DNA from: Candidatus Latescibacterota bacterium
GTDB taxonomy: Bacteria > Latescibacterota > UBA2968
Direction: 5' to 3'
Assembly (NCBI GenBank): GCA_965222605.1
Contig: OZ244960.1
Location: forward strand, 2,432,001-2,496,000
Length of the DNA stretch: 64,000 nucleotides
In this document: positions 20,129-30,301 of the stretch, piece by piece
Layout: each line of letters opens with the position of its first letter
Numbering within the stretch: the first letter of the stretch is position 1
Made by a program: the position numbers and the translations under genes
The notes under the pieces: model-generated
What the model saw: only the letters and a program-made list of their open reading frames with translations
Database searches by the model: none
Told to the model about the DNA's origin: nothing

Positions 20129-21817
20129 TCACAAAAAATCCAGATCTGCACCGAGGTGAGCGGGCAAAACGCATTTGGCATACAGATGTCGCCATCCGCG
20201 CTCGGGAATTGGCGCAGGCACAAAAGCCTCGCGGCGACGCGCAAGCTCTGCTGCATTGACCAGCAAATCAATGCGGCGTTCTTTTGCATTCAACTCAACC
20301 ATATCGCCATCGCGCACAAAAGCAAGCGGTCCTCCTGTCGCCGCCTCGGGAGAACAGTGCAACACCACCGTGCCATAAGACGTCCCACTCATACGCGCAT
20401 CGGAAATCCGCACCATATCTTTGACCCCCTTTTGCGCCAGATATTTGGGAATGGGAAGAGACCCCGCCTCCGGGAACCCATCTCCCACGGGACCGGCATT
20501 TCGCAAAACCATCACATGATCGGGCGTAATATTGAGCGCGGGATCATCAATCCGCGCTGCTGCGTCCTCAGCAGAATCAAAAACAACCGCGGGACCTCGA
20601 TGGGTGAGCAATTCGGGAGATGCGGCAGCAACCTTGAGCACAGCCCCATCCGGCGCCAGATTGCCGCGAATCACAATCAACGCGCCCGTAGCGCCAAGTG
20701 GATTGTCCAGCGTGCGAATAGTACTTTGCCAGGGCTGAGGAGATTGAACCGTCTTCAAATAATCGCCCAGCGTTTGCCCCGCAATCGTCGGCACAGAACA
20801 ATCCAGCAGAGACTCCAGTGCCTTAAGCAACGCGGGAACCCCACCCGCCTGGTGAAAATCCTCCATATAACCCGCACCTGCGGGTTTGCAATCCACGAGC
20901 AAAGGCACATGTTCCGACACCTCGTGCATATCCTCAAGGGTAAGTCGAGTTCCCGCACGCCGCGCAATAGCCAGAAGATGAACAATCGCATTGGTAGAAC
21001 CACTCAGCGCATGGAGCACCGCAAGCGCATTGAGAAATGACGCCCGCGTGAGCAATTGTGCAGGACGCCGTCCTGCGCGAGCCAGAGCAACAGCCATGCG
21101 TCCAGACCGCACACCCACGCGCAGGCGATCTCCCGTACCCGAAAGCGGTGTCGCCCCACCGGAAACCATCAAACCGAGCGTCTCGACCACACTCGCCATC
21201 GTTGAAGCAGTCCCCATAACCATACAGGTCCCGGGCGTACTGCAAAGCGACTGCGACACACCTTCGATTTGCTGCTCGTTTAGTTCACCAGCGCGATATT
21301 GCGCCCAATAGCGGCGGCAATCCGTACACGCACCCAATCTTTCACCTTGCCACGAACCGGTTCGCATCGCGCCAGAAACGACCTGAACAGCGGGAATATT
21401 TGCCGAAGCAGCAGCCATCAATTGTGCCGGCACAGTCTTATCGCACCCCCCCATCAGCACCACAGCATCCATAGGTTGAGCCGTAATCAGCTCTTCGGTC
21501 TCCATAGACAGCAGATTCCGAAAAAGCATCGTCGTAGGCGAAAAGAAAATCTCATTCAGCGAAAGCGTGGGAAACACAAAAGGCAAACCACCGCCCTCGA
21601 GAACCCCGCGTTTGACCGCTTCGATCAAATCGGGCATATGCCCGTGGCATGGGTTATAATCAGAAGCCGTCGATGCAATACCAATAACGGGCCGATCCAC
21701 ATCTTCGCCATCATATCCCGCAGCCGCGAGAAACGCCCTGCGAATATATTTGCTAAATTCCGGATCGCCGTAGCTGGTCAAATTTCGATTGATACCGGTG
21801 TCTGTTGATTGGGTCAT
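20129..21817 (-). CDS. IlvD/Edd-family dehydratase, probably sugar-acid type
   Basis: NPCH, GGCDKT, GTCMVMGTAS, SGSTN, SDARMSGT. Confidence 0.9.
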   Translation of the reverse strand: MTQSTDTGINRNLTSYGDPEFSKYIRRAFLAAAGYDGEDVDRPVIGIASTASDYNPCHGHMPDLIEAVKRGVLEGGGLPFVFPTLSLNEIFFSPTTMLFRNLLSMETEELITAQPMDAVVLMGGCDKTVPAQLMAAASANIPAVQVVSGAMRTGSWQGERLGACTDCRRYWAQYRAGELNEQQIEGVSQSLCSTPGTCMVMGTASTMASVVETLGLMVSGGATPLSGTGDRLRVGVRSGRMAVALARAGRRPAQLLTRASFLNALAVLHALSGSTNAIVHLLAIARRAGTRLTLEDMHEVSEHVPLLVDCKPAGAGYMEDFHQAGGVPALLKALESLLDCSVPTIAGQTLGDYLKTVQSPQPWQSTIRTLDNPLGATGALIVIRGNLAPDGAVLKVAAASPELLTHRGPAVVFDSAEDAAARIDDPALNITPDHVMVLRNAGPVGDGFPEAGSLPIPKYLAQKGVKDMVRISDARMSGTSYGTVVLHCSPEAATGGPLAFVRDGDMVELNAKERRIDLLVNAAELARRREAFVPAPIPERGWRHLYAKCVLPAHLGADLDFL

Positions 21818-23658
21818 GATGTCATAGATAGAAGCGCGTGCTCTGCTGAATCGAGCATGCCATTGACAATCTCTTTGGCGAACTGATCGACATTCTCGCG
21901 TGTCTGAGCCAGATCCTCCCCAGTTAGGTCCTCATAATCAGCCGAAGTCGCCGAAACATAATACTTGATCTTGGGCTCTGTACCAGAGGGCCGAGCCGTA
22001 ACCCGCGTATGCCCTTTCTCCGTCAAGGTAAATGCGAGAACATTGCCCGTACTCCCCTGGATTGTGCGCGTAGTACCCGTCTGAAGATTGCGCACAGTAT
22101 TGGTCTGGCGATCAATAACCTCAACCACCTTGTGCCCGCCAATTGCAGCAGGCGGATCCTGGCGCAGACCATTCATAATCTGCGCGATCTCCTCATTGCC
22201 CCGCGCACCTTCTCGATACGTAGATTTCTGCACCTCGCAAAAATAGCCGAACGCGCGATAAATATCATCCAGATAATCCCGCAACGTGCGGCCTTGCCTT
22301 TTAAGTTCAGCAGCGCATTCCGCGAGCAAAACCGCAGCAACAGCCGCATCCTTATCGCGCACAAAATCGGTAAATAAATAACCGTGGCTCTCTTCCGCAC
22401 CAAACACAAAAGTCTGATCCTCTGACAAATTGTTAATCACATCGCCGATATATTTGAACCCGACGAGCAGATCATCAACCGGTGTCAGACCAAAATGCCC
22501 AGCAATAAGACTAATGAGATCTGTCGTGACAATCGTCTTGCACACAACCCCCCCATCGGACAATTTATTCTGATCCTTAAGCGAAGCCAAAATATAATAA
22601 CACAAAATAGCACCGATCTGGTTGCCATTAATCGCGAGATCTTCGGGAGCGGCATCCCAGCCCTTCTGCGGATGAGGCAGTGCACAACCCAGGCGGTCGG
22701 CATCTGGATCGCTGGCCAGAGCAATATCAGCCCGAATTAGTTTTGCATCTTCAATAGCCAGAGAAAGCGCGCCGGGATCTTCGGGATTGGCCACCCCTCC
22801 TGCCACCGTCGGAAAATTGCCATCCGGAATATCCTGCGTCTCAACAACGCGAAGATGAGCATAGCCGAGCTTCTGAAGCGCGGGCACAACACTCGTTGCA
22901 CCAACGCCGTGCAGCGGCGTATATACGACACTTATATCGCGGGCATCACAAAGGGAAAGATCGGCCAAATTTTCGACATATTGCGCGTCGAGCTTTGCAT
23001 CGAGCACCTGAATCAGCCCTCGTTCTACCCCCTCCTCATAATCAACACTATTGAGACGCTTAACCGCACCAACCTCGGCAATAATATTTTTATCGTGCGG
23101 CGGAACAACCTGCCCGCCATCTATCCAATACGCCTTAAAACCATTATCCGAAGGAGGATTGTGACTCGCGCTGATCACCACACCTGCAACAGCACCCGTC
23201 TGGCAAAGCGCGAAAGAAAGATGAGGCGTTGCGCGGGGGCCATCAAACAGACGCGCGACAATACCATTACCCGCAATAATCGAAGCGGTCTCCCGCGCGA
23301 AAACATCCGAATTATTGCGCGTGTCATACGCGATCACCACACCCTTATCTCTGGCATCTTCAATACCCGATTTGAGAATGTACTGCGCCAAACCCTGAGC
23401 CGCTTCTCCAATCGTTCTCAAATTGATACGATTGGGACCCGGCCCCATCTTACCCCGAATACCGCCCGTGCCAAACTCGATATGGGTGCGAAAAGCATCC
23501 TCGAGTTCATCTATATCCTCATTTTCAACAAGCAATTGAATTTCCGTTACAAAATCGGCAAACTCTGGATCAATAAGCCATTGTGAAAGTGCTCGAAATG
23601 CCGCGGCAGAAATCCTGTTCTCTGCCGCCCAGTTTTTGACCTGTTGGTGTATCGTCAT
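21814..23658 (-). CDS. pgm: Phosphoglucomutase/phosphomannomutase
   Basis: FGTGGIRG, SASHNP, DPDADR, GAEESHG, RPSGTEPKIK. Confidence 0.92.
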   Translation of the reverse strand: MTIHQQVKNWAAENRISAAAFRALSQWLIDPEFADFVTEIQLLVENEDIDELEDAFRTHIEFGTGGIRGKMGPGPNRINLRTIGEAAQGLAQYILKSGIEDARDKGVVIAYDTRNNSDVFARETASIIAGNGIVARLFDGPRATPHLSFALCQTGAVAGVVISASHNPPSDNGFKAYWIDGGQVVPPHDKNIIAEVGAVKRLNSVDYEEGVERGLIQVLDAKLDAQYVENLADLSLCDARDISVVYTPLHGVGATSVVPALQKLGYAHLRVVETQDIPDGNFPTVAGGVANPEDPGALSLAIEDAKLIRADIALASDPDADRLGCALPHPQKGWDAAPEDLAINGNQIGAILCYYILASLKDQNKLSDGGVVCKTIVTTDLISLIAGHFGLTPVDDLLVGFKYIGDVINNLSEDQTFVFGAEESHGYLFTDFVRDKDAAVAAVLLAECAAELKRQGRTLRDYLDDIYRAFGYFCEVQKSTYREGARGNEEIAQIMNGLRQDPPAAIGGHKVVEVIDRQTNTVRNLQTGTTRTIQGSTGNVLAFTLTEKGHTRVTARPSGTEPKIKYYVSATSADYEDLTGEDLAQTRENVDQFAKEIVNGMLDSAEHALLSMTS

Positions 23659-23783
23659 AAATGCTCCTGTTCATCGCGTTTGCCTGACCATCTACCGCCA
23701 AATATTGCAATCTACACGCCACCGTGTCAAGTGCATAGACAAAATTACTTGACTTTAACCCTCATTTATGCCCTATTTTGAAA

Positions 23784-24524
23784 ATGCTCACATCAATCTT
23801 CATCGCCATTGGCCTTGTGCTGGGTATCCCCCTCGCTATTCTAATACTTTTCATATTCTTGCCCATCCGCATACGCGCAACGGGATACTACCGAGAAAAC
23901 GACTACAACATATCTGGTTCTGCGCGTGGTTGTGCCGGGCTATGGGGTATTATTTGCGAGATAGACAAAAGAGGATTGCAATTGCGCGTGGTTATCGGAC
24001 GCTGGACCGCGTGGCATCCCCAGGAGAAACCTCTATCATCGGACTCAACAACAGAATCCAAAAAAGAAAGAGATATCTCCGCCGAACCACAACGGGACAG
24101 GCCGAAAAAAAAATCACATCCAACAGAGACCTTGCGCGCAAGGGCGAAACAATACCTGAACTATGCTACAGAAGCGCGCCCCATTCTGACGCGATTTTTA
24201 AAGCGCTTGCCCAAAACAATAGCACTCCAACACGCGGAATTGAATCTGGAGTTAGGGACAGACGACCCCGCCTTCACCGGACGTCTATTTGGATATATAG
24301 AAACGACCAAACGCATCTTTGGCAAACGCATCCACATCTCAATCACCCCTGATTTTGTGCAGCCGCGCTTTGCTGTGTCGGGGACCTTGAGACTCTCCAT
24401 TTATCTTCACCGTTTAATATTCGCTGCACTCGCTCTGGTCGTGCGCGGCGGACTCTTACGCGCAAAAATCTGGTGGACAAAGCGCAAAATCAGGCGCAAA
24501 GTCCCCTTAACTGCTAACTGCTAA
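23784..24524 (+). CDS. DUF2953 (YtfI-like) membrane-anchored protein
   Basis: N-terminal TM, GTDDPAFTGRLFG and ITPDF motifs; sits upstream of a YtfJ-like gene. Confidence 0.72.
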   Translation: MLTSIFIAIGLVLGIPLAILILFIFLPIRIRATGYYRENDYNISGSARGCAGLWGIICEIDKRGLQLRVVIGRWTAWHPQEKPLSSDSTTESKKERDISAEPQRDRPKKKSHPTETLRARAKQYLNYATEARPILTRFLKRLPKTIALQHAELNLELGTDDPAFTGRLFGYIETTKRIFGKRIHISITPDFVQPRFAVSGTLRLSIYLHRLIFAALALVVRGGLLRAKIWWTKRKIRRKVPLTANC

Positions 24525-24529
24525 TTGCC

Positions 24530-24627
24530 GGGACGGCACAGGGACCGTCCCCTACGATGATATGGTGGTTTTTGTAGGGGCGACCCCCCCGTATAAAAGC
24601 ATTACGGGGCAGGCTCTGTGGTCGTCC
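24530..24627. repeat. REPIN-like inverted REP doublet with nested hairpin
   Basis: REP ending ccctac, 18-nt spacer, then gtaggggcgacc...ggtcgtcc; flanked by GCTAACT/GCTGACT heptamers. Confidence 0.78.
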
Positions 24628-24668
24628 GCTGACTGCTGATTATCGCGACTTTATTTATCGGAGGGAAT

Positions 24669-25052
24669 ATGGCCATCGAAGACATGGTACGAACAATGTT
24701 ACACGAACTGCGTGAAATCGTAAAAACCGAAACCGTGGTAGGCGAGCCTGTTGTTATAGGCGATATCACCATGATACCCGTATCCAAAATATCCTTTGGA
24801 TTTGGCGCAGGAGGTGGACAGGGAAAAAAAGACGACGGCAACAGTGGCACAGGCGGAGGCGGCTCTGTACAACCCGTGGCATTCATCGTCATACAAAAAG
24901 GCAAAGCACAACTCCTCCCCCTCGAAGACAAAAGCATGTCCCTCACCGATTTGCTCAAATACGCGCCCGATGTGCTCGAAAAAATTAAAGCGTTTAAGGA
25001 TAAGCGGAAAAAAAAGAAAGAAGAGGAAGGCGACAGCGAAGAAAAAAAATAA
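24669..25052 (+). CDS. GerW/YtfJ-family protein
   Basis: TETVVGEP, IPVSKISFGFGAGGG, GGGGSVQPVAFIVI. Confidence 0.9.
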   Translation: MAIEDMVRTMLHELREIVKTETVVGEPVVIGDITMIPVSKISFGFGAGGGQGKKDDGNSGTGGGGSVQPVAFIVIQKGKAQLLPLEDKSMSLTDLLKYAPDVLEKIKAFKDKRKKKKEEEGDSEEKK

Positions 25053-25059
25053 GAATAAT

Positions 25060-27153
25060 ATGCTCTCAAACTTGAACCAGCCCCTGCGAACACTACCCGG
25101 CATCGGGCTAAAGCGCGAAAAAGTATTGGAAAACGCCGGCATCGCCACCGTGGGCGATCTCCTATTGTATGTGCCCTATCGGTATATAGATCGATCCACC
25201 GAAGTTGGGATCGCACAATTACCGCTGGAGCGGGAAGTGACCGCAGTTGGCGAGATTATAAGCATGCAAATAATCCCCGGCAAGCGTCGGCGATTCGTCA
25301 TGACAGTCGAAGACCAGACCGGATCAGTCGCCTGCACCTGGTTTGGGGGAATTCAATATTTCAAAAATTCATATCGCGCAGGCGACATCGTAGCACTCGG
25401 AGGCAAATTGACGCGGTTTGGGCGCACATTGCAAATGGTACACCCCGAAATAGAGGTACTGGCAAACGAAGAAGACGACAATCAGCGGCTGCATACCGGA
25501 CGCATTATTCCGCTGTATTCGACCACATCAAAAATGAAAGCAGACCGCCTCACAGCCCGCGCACTCCGCCGCCTGTTATTCGCCGCGCTACAAGCTATTG
25601 GAGATCAGATCGAAGACCCATTAGACGAAGGCATACGCAAACGCTGTGGCATAATGCCCCTGCGAGACGCAATTGAAAAAATCCATTTCCCAGACACAAC
25701 AACGGATATAGATACTGCGCGGCAACGCCTATCTTTTGATGAAATCTTCTATATCCAGCTTTACCTCGGACACGCAAAAAAGCTGCGCCAGCGCACCCCC
25801 GGGCGCATTCTGACATCCAGCGGACCACTAACGCGACAACTCGTGGCGAATCTGCCCTTTAAACTAACGCAAGCGCAAACGCACGCCATCGAAGAAATCG
25901 GCCGCGACTTACAGCGACCCGTCGCCATGCACCGCCTGTTGCAGGGCGACGTGGGATCCGGCAAAACCCTGGTCGCCCTCCACGCCATGTTATGTGCTGC
26001 AGATAGCGGCGCGCAAGCCGCCTTAATGGCACCCACAGAAATCCTGGCCGAGCAGCACGCCCATACCATTCGGGAACTCGTCGCCCCATTGGGCTTAGAC
26101 ATCGCACTGGTAACAGGACGCATGCGAAAGGCGCAACGCGCCAAAATACTGGACGGCTTGGGTTCTGGAAAAATAAAACTGTTCGTAGGCACACATGCCC
26201 TGTTGCAAAATGACATCGCATTTGCCGATCTCGCGCTCATCGTGGTCGATGAGCAACATCGTTTTGGCGTGGTCCAGCGCGCCCTATTGCGCGAAAAAGG
26301 CAATGCGACCCATCTTCTGGTCATGACCGCCACCCCCATACCCAGATCCCTATCGCTAACCCTGTACGGCGATCTGGATGTCACCATCATCAACGCCCTG
26401 CCGCCCGGTCGCATCCCTGTACGCACCGGATGGCGTTTTGCACAGGACCGCGCCCGAGCACTGCAATTTCTGAGTAGCGAACTGAAACAGAGACGTCAAG
26501 CATATATAGTCTATCCACTCGTATCCGAATCCGAAAAGAGCGACCTGCAAGCCGCCACCGCCGCCTTTGAAGACCTGCAACAGGGCGCACTCGCCAACTT
26601 CCGGTTGGGCTTGCTTCACGGTCGGCTAAAACGCGACGAAAAAGAGACCGCGATGTCGGCTTTCAGGCGCGGCGACCTGGACACCCTCGTCACGACAACA
26701 GTCATCGAAGTCGGCGTCGATGTACCCAATGCCACAGTCATGATGGTCGAACACGCCGAGCGCTTTGGACTGTCCCAGTTACACCAATTGCGCGGGCGCG
26801 TGGGACGAGGTCAACATCAATCCTACTGCATCTTAATTGCAGACCCCCAGGACGCGCTATCGGGTGAGGCACATGAACGCCTGGACGCCATGGCGCGAAC
26901 AACGGACGGATTCGAAATCTCAGAAGCCGATTTAAGCATCCGGGGACCCGGACATATTTTTGGCACCCAACAAGCCGGCTTCCCCAAATTTCACTTTGCC
27001 GACCTCGCCCGCGATGGCGCCTTAATCACCGCCGCACGTCGAGAAGCGCAAGCACTCTTAAGCCGCGACCCAAATTTGACCTCGCACATCGTATTGAAAC
27101 GAGAATTAGACGCAACCGCGCTCCACGACCTGCAAATTGTAGAGGCGGGGTAA
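25060..27153 (+). CDS. recG: ATP-dependent DNA helicase RecG
   Basis: LQGDVGSGKT, DEQHRFG, MTATPIPRS, QLHQLRGRVGRG; start set at ATG 25060. Confidence 0.96.
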   Translation: MLSNLNQPLRTLPGIGLKREKVLENAGIATVGDLLLYVPYRYIDRSTEVGIAQLPLEREVTAVGEIISMQIIPGKRRRFVMTVEDQTGSVACTWFGGIQYFKNSYRAGDIVALGGKLTRFGRTLQMVHPEIEVLANEEDDNQRLHTGRIIPLYSTTSKMKADRLTARALRRLLFAALQAIGDQIEDPLDEGIRKRCGIMPLRDAIEKIHFPDTTTDIDTARQRLSFDEIFYIQLYLGHAKKLRQRTPGRILTSSGPLTRQLVANLPFKLTQAQTHAIEEIGRDLQRPVAMHRLLQGDVGSGKTLVALHAMLCAADSGAQAALMAPTEILAEQHAHTIRELVAPLGLDIALVTGRMRKAQRAKILDGLGSGKIKLFVGTHALLQNDIAFADLALIVVDEQHRFGVVQRALLREKGNATHLLVMTATPIPRSLSLTLYGDLDVTIINALPPGRIPVRTGWRFAQDRARALQFLSSELKQRRQAYIVYPLVSESEKSDLQAATAAFEDLQQGALANFRLGLLHGRLKRDEKETAMSAFRRGDLDTLVTTTVIEVGVDVPNATVMMVEHAERFGLSQLHQLRGRVGRGQHQSYCILIADPQDALSGEAHERLDAMARTTDGFEISEADLSIRGPGHIFGTQQAGFPKFHFADLARDGALITAARREAQALLSRDPNLTSHIVLKRELDATALHDLQIVEAG

Positions 27154-27158
27154 CTGCT

Positions 27159-27231
27159 GGGGACGGCACAGGGGCCGTCCCCTACGATGATATTGTTAAT
27201 CTGGTGTAGGGGCGCCTCCCTGTGGGCGCCC
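27159..27231. repeat. REPIN-like inverted REP doublet
   Basis: ggggacggcacaggggccgtcccctac, 20-nt spacer, gtaggggcgcctccctgtgggcgccc. Confidence 0.82.
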
Positions 27232-27246
27232 GCTGACCGCTAACAG

Positions 27247-27275
27247 TTGACACCCATATTGTATTATGGTAGATT
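27247..27275 (+). promoter_or_regulatory. Sigma-70-type promoter
   Basis: TTGACA-N17-TAGATT with an extended -10 TG. Confidence 0.62.
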
Positions 27276-27350
27276 GATTTGGCTTTCTTATGCATCCCAT
27301 GTTCATCTGCGTCATCTGCGGATGTTTCTTTATTACCCGGAAACTGACTG

Positions 27351-28364
27351 ATGTTGAATCATGAGCTGCGCATTGCGTTGCTTGGCACGATTAACCGCGA
27401 TACGATTTACACCGCCGATGGCGTGACAACCGAAAGCTACGGCGGTTTGTTGTACAGCATCCTGGCATTGGCCGAGATCGCGTCTTCTCCTGTGGCGATT
27501 TATCCGATCTGCAATGTAGGAGCCGACATGGAGGCCATCGTGCGAAAAAAACTCGCGCCATACCCACATGTCAAATTCGATGGCATCCGATTTGTATCGA
27601 CCAAAAATCCCCATTGCTTTTTGGATTACGACGCAAAAGGGCGCAAATGCGAAACCCTGCACAATGATGTCCCGCAAATCTCTTTTTCCCAAATCGAACC
27701 GTTTTTAGACTGCGATGCAATATGCTTTAATTTTATCACCGGAATGGAACTCGCCCTCGAAACCGCGCAGCGCGTGCGGCGTTCTGCCACCGGTTTGTTG
27801 TTGATGGATGTCCACAGTTTGACCCTGGGCATGGATAAACAACGCCGCCGGTTCTGGCGCGTACCTCCGCAGTGGAAAAAATGGATGGGATGCGTAGATG
27901 TCGTGCAAATGAATGAGCAAGAAGGCGCTTTACTCGCTGGCGAAACACTCGATGGACAGGACGCAACACGCCGGTTTGCAAAGCAGGTACTGTGCGCAGG
28001 GCCTTCCGTATTGATGATCACGCGCAGCAATCGCGGTTCTGAGACAATTTTTCAAAATGACCGCTCAGATATTGTGATCGACAAATTCGATCCCGCGCCC
28101 ATAGCTGAACCCTGTGACGAAACCGGATGTGGCGACACCTTTTTAATGGGATATACCTGGGCCTTCTTGCAAACGGACAATCGCGCCTTTGCCAGTCAAT
28201 TTGCCAATCGGGTAGCAGGTATCAATGTGTGTTTGCGCGGCATTGAAGGCATTGCAAAAATAAGCCAATTCTTAACCCCCGACGACCTGCCTATGCAGGA
28301 CACTCAGACAGGTCAATCTGCCGTATTAAACGGCGTTCTCCCCGGTCCTGAAAGGAGGGCCTGA
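27351..28364 (+). CDS. PfkB-family carbohydrate kinase
   Basis: GG motif, NEQE and DETGCGDTF anion-hole motif. Confidence 0.8.
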   Translation: MLNHELRIALLGTINRDTIYTADGVTTESYGGLLYSILALAEIASSPVAIYPICNVGADMEAIVRKKLAPYPHVKFDGIRFVSTKNPHCFLDYDAKGRKCETLHNDVPQISFSQIEPFLDCDAICFNFITGMELALETAQRVRRSATGLLLMDVHSLTLGMDKQRRRFWRVPPQWKKWMGCVDVVQMNEQEGALLAGETLDGQDATRRFAKQVLCAGPSVLMITRSNRGSETIFQNDRSDIVIDKFDPAPIAEPCDETGCGDTFLMGYTWAFLQTDNRAFASQFANRVAGINVCLRGIEGIAKISQFLTPDDLPMQDTQTGQSAVLNGVLPGPERRA

Positions 28365-29338
28365 TGCAAGAATATCAATTTCCAAATCGTCCAAATTTCG
28401 ATTTGCAATTCAACCCCAAGCTCATCTATTACGGGTTGATTGCACTGGCGTTGCTCTGGTTGGCCAGTGGCATCTATACGGTGCGACAAGATGAGCAAGC
28501 AGTGGTATTTCGATTCGGACGAGCGGTGAGCCTGAAAGATCCTGGCATCCACTACCACTGGCCCACACCCATCGAGCGCGTTGAGAAAGAGCGCGTGTCA
28601 GAGGTAAAACGTCTCGAAGTCGGTTTTCGCACCATCAGCGTGAGTCCCACGCCGAGATACCAGAAGGTGACAGCCGAATCCGCGATGTTGACCGGCGATG
28701 AGAATATCGTCGATGTAGAGTTGATCGTTCAGTATCGCATCCGCGATTTAGAGGACTATTTGTTCCAGGTCAACGATCAGCGAAAAGCCATCAAAGACGT
28801 AACCGAGGCCGCATTGCGTCAGGTCGTTGGGCAACGCACCATTGATGAGGCCCTCACAGAGGGCAAGCTGGAAATTCAGGAAGAGATTCAGAGACAGATT
28901 CAGGCGGTCCTGGATCTTTACAAAATCGGTGTGCGCGTCGATCAAGCCAAGCTGCAAACCGTGTCTGTACCCCAGGAAGTAGATCACGCATTTAAGGACG
29001 TCGCCAACGCGCGAGAAGACCGCGAAAAACTCCGCAATGAGGCCGAAGCATATCGCAACGATATTATCCCAAAAACGCGCGGCGAAGTCGAAAAGATGCT
29101 CCGAGCAGCCGACGCCTATAAAGTGGAGCGGGTCAAACGCTCACAGGGCGATGCAGACCGATTCGTCGAGGTACTCAAAGAATATCGCAAAGCAAAAGAC
29201 GTGACCGAAACGCGAATGTACCTCGAAACAATGGAAAAAATTCTGCCCGGCATGCAAAAGTACGTCGTCGAATCCGACGGCAAGGGCGGTATCCTCAATG
29301 TTCTCAATCTGCAAAAGCCTGTTGGAGGAGGAAATTGA
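28364..29338 (+). CDS. hflK: FtsH modulator HflK
   Basis: SPFH domain, MLTGDENIV, RMYLETME. Confidence 0.93.
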   Translation: MQEYQFPNRPNFDLQFNPKLIYYGLIALALLWLASGIYTVRQDEQAVVFRFGRAVSLKDPGIHYHWPTPIERVEKERVSEVKRLEVGFRTISVSPTPRYQKVTAESAMLTGDENIVDVELIVQYRIRDLEDYLFQVNDQRKAIKDVTEAALRQVVGQRTIDEALTEGKLEIQEEIQRQIQAVLDLYKIGVRVDQAKLQTVSVPQEVDHAFKDVANAREDREKLRNEAEAYRNDIIPKTRGEVEKMLRAADAYKVERVKRSQGDADRFVEVLKEYRKAKDVTETRMYLETMEKILPGMQKYVVESDGKGGILNVLNLQKPVGGGN

Positions 29339-29339
29339 T

Positions 29340-30200
29340 ATGCGCAACCTCGTAACTCTGGCGGTCATCTTGATCGCAGCGAGTATTTTACTGAATTCAT
29401 CGTGTTATATCGTAGATGAACGCGAACAGGTCGTTGTCACAGAATTTGGACAACCCGTACGCACCGTGCAGACCCCTGGCCTGAATTTTAAAATTCCGTT
29501 TATCCAACAATTGCACATCTTCGAAGATCGCCTGCTGTACAGCGATGCCGACCCAAGGCAAATATACACGCAGGATAAGAAAAACCTCATCGTCGATAAT
29601 TTCGCGCGGTGGCGCATCACAGATCCACTCAAGTTCCTGGTATCTGTGCAAAATGTCTCTTATGCACAATCGCGCCTGGACGATATCATTTTTTCTGCCG
29701 TTCGAGAAGAACTGGGGCAACGCACGCTGGTCGAGATAGTAGCGTCGAGCCGCGAGGAAATTATGCAAAAAGTAACAGAGCGGTCCCACGAGACAGCACT
29801 CGCACTGGGCATTGATATTCTCGATGTGCGGATGAAGCGCGCAGATTTGCCGCGCGAAAACAAAAACAATGTGTTTGAACGCATGCGCGCCGAACGCACG
29901 CGGCAAGCCAAAGAATACCGCGCCGAAGGTGAGGAAATGGCCTTGAAAATTCGCGCAGAAACCGACCTGGACGTTACGCGCCTCACATCTGATGCCCTGC
30001 AAAAATCGCAGTTGATTCGCGGCGAGGGCGATGCCGAGGCATTGCGTATCTATGCCGATGCCTTTGAGCAAGACCCCCGTTTTTTTCAATTTTGGCGCAC
30101 CCTCGAAGCCTATGAAAAAACCCTGGGCGAAGGAACGACCATCGTGATGCCACCCACCAGCGATTTCTTCAAGTACCTGACCAAAAAGCGTCCGCGGTAG
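29340..30200 (+). CDS. hflC: FtsH modulator HflC
   Basis: TQDKKNLIVD, RMRAER, FFQFWRTLEAY; GGAGG RBS. Confidence 0.93.
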   Translation: MRNLVTLAVILIAASILLNSSCYIVDEREQVVVTEFGQPVRTVQTPGLNFKIPFIQQLHIFEDRLLYSDADPRQIYTQDKKNLIVDNFARWRITDPLKFLVSVQNVSYAQSRLDDIIFSAVREELGQRTLVEIVASSREEIMQKVTERSHETALALGIDILDVRMKRADLPRENKNNVFERMRAERTRQAKEYRAEGEEMALKIRAETDLDVTRLTSDALQKSQLIRGEGDAEALRIYADAFEQDPRFFQFWRTLEAYEKTLGEGTTIVMPPTSDFFKYLTKKRPR

Positions 30201-30212
30201 GGTGAACCATAT

Positions 30213-30250
30213 GGGACGGCCCCTGTGCCGTCCCGTCTGTACCCCGTCGT
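30213..30250 (+). repeat. REP copy in opposite orientation, sharing a 13-nt flank with copy 1
   Basis: gggacggcccctgtgccgtccc followed by tgtaccccgtcgt, the reverse complement of 14357-14369. Confidence 0.75.
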
Positions 30251-30301
30251 CCTGAATTTGTCGAAGGATATAGGCTACGCCTCAACGCAGAGGCACCCTC
30301 C

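Noticed and set aside
20069-21040. Long antisense ORFs (323 aa here; also 52037-53119, 58807-59742, 61728-62582)
   Set aside because: They are shadows of well-supported genes on the opposite strand and have no recognisable motifs.
24796-25059. N-terminal extension of RecG in the ORF track (785 aa)
   Set aside because: It overlaps the GerW-like gene in another frame; RecG similarity starts at ATG 25060.
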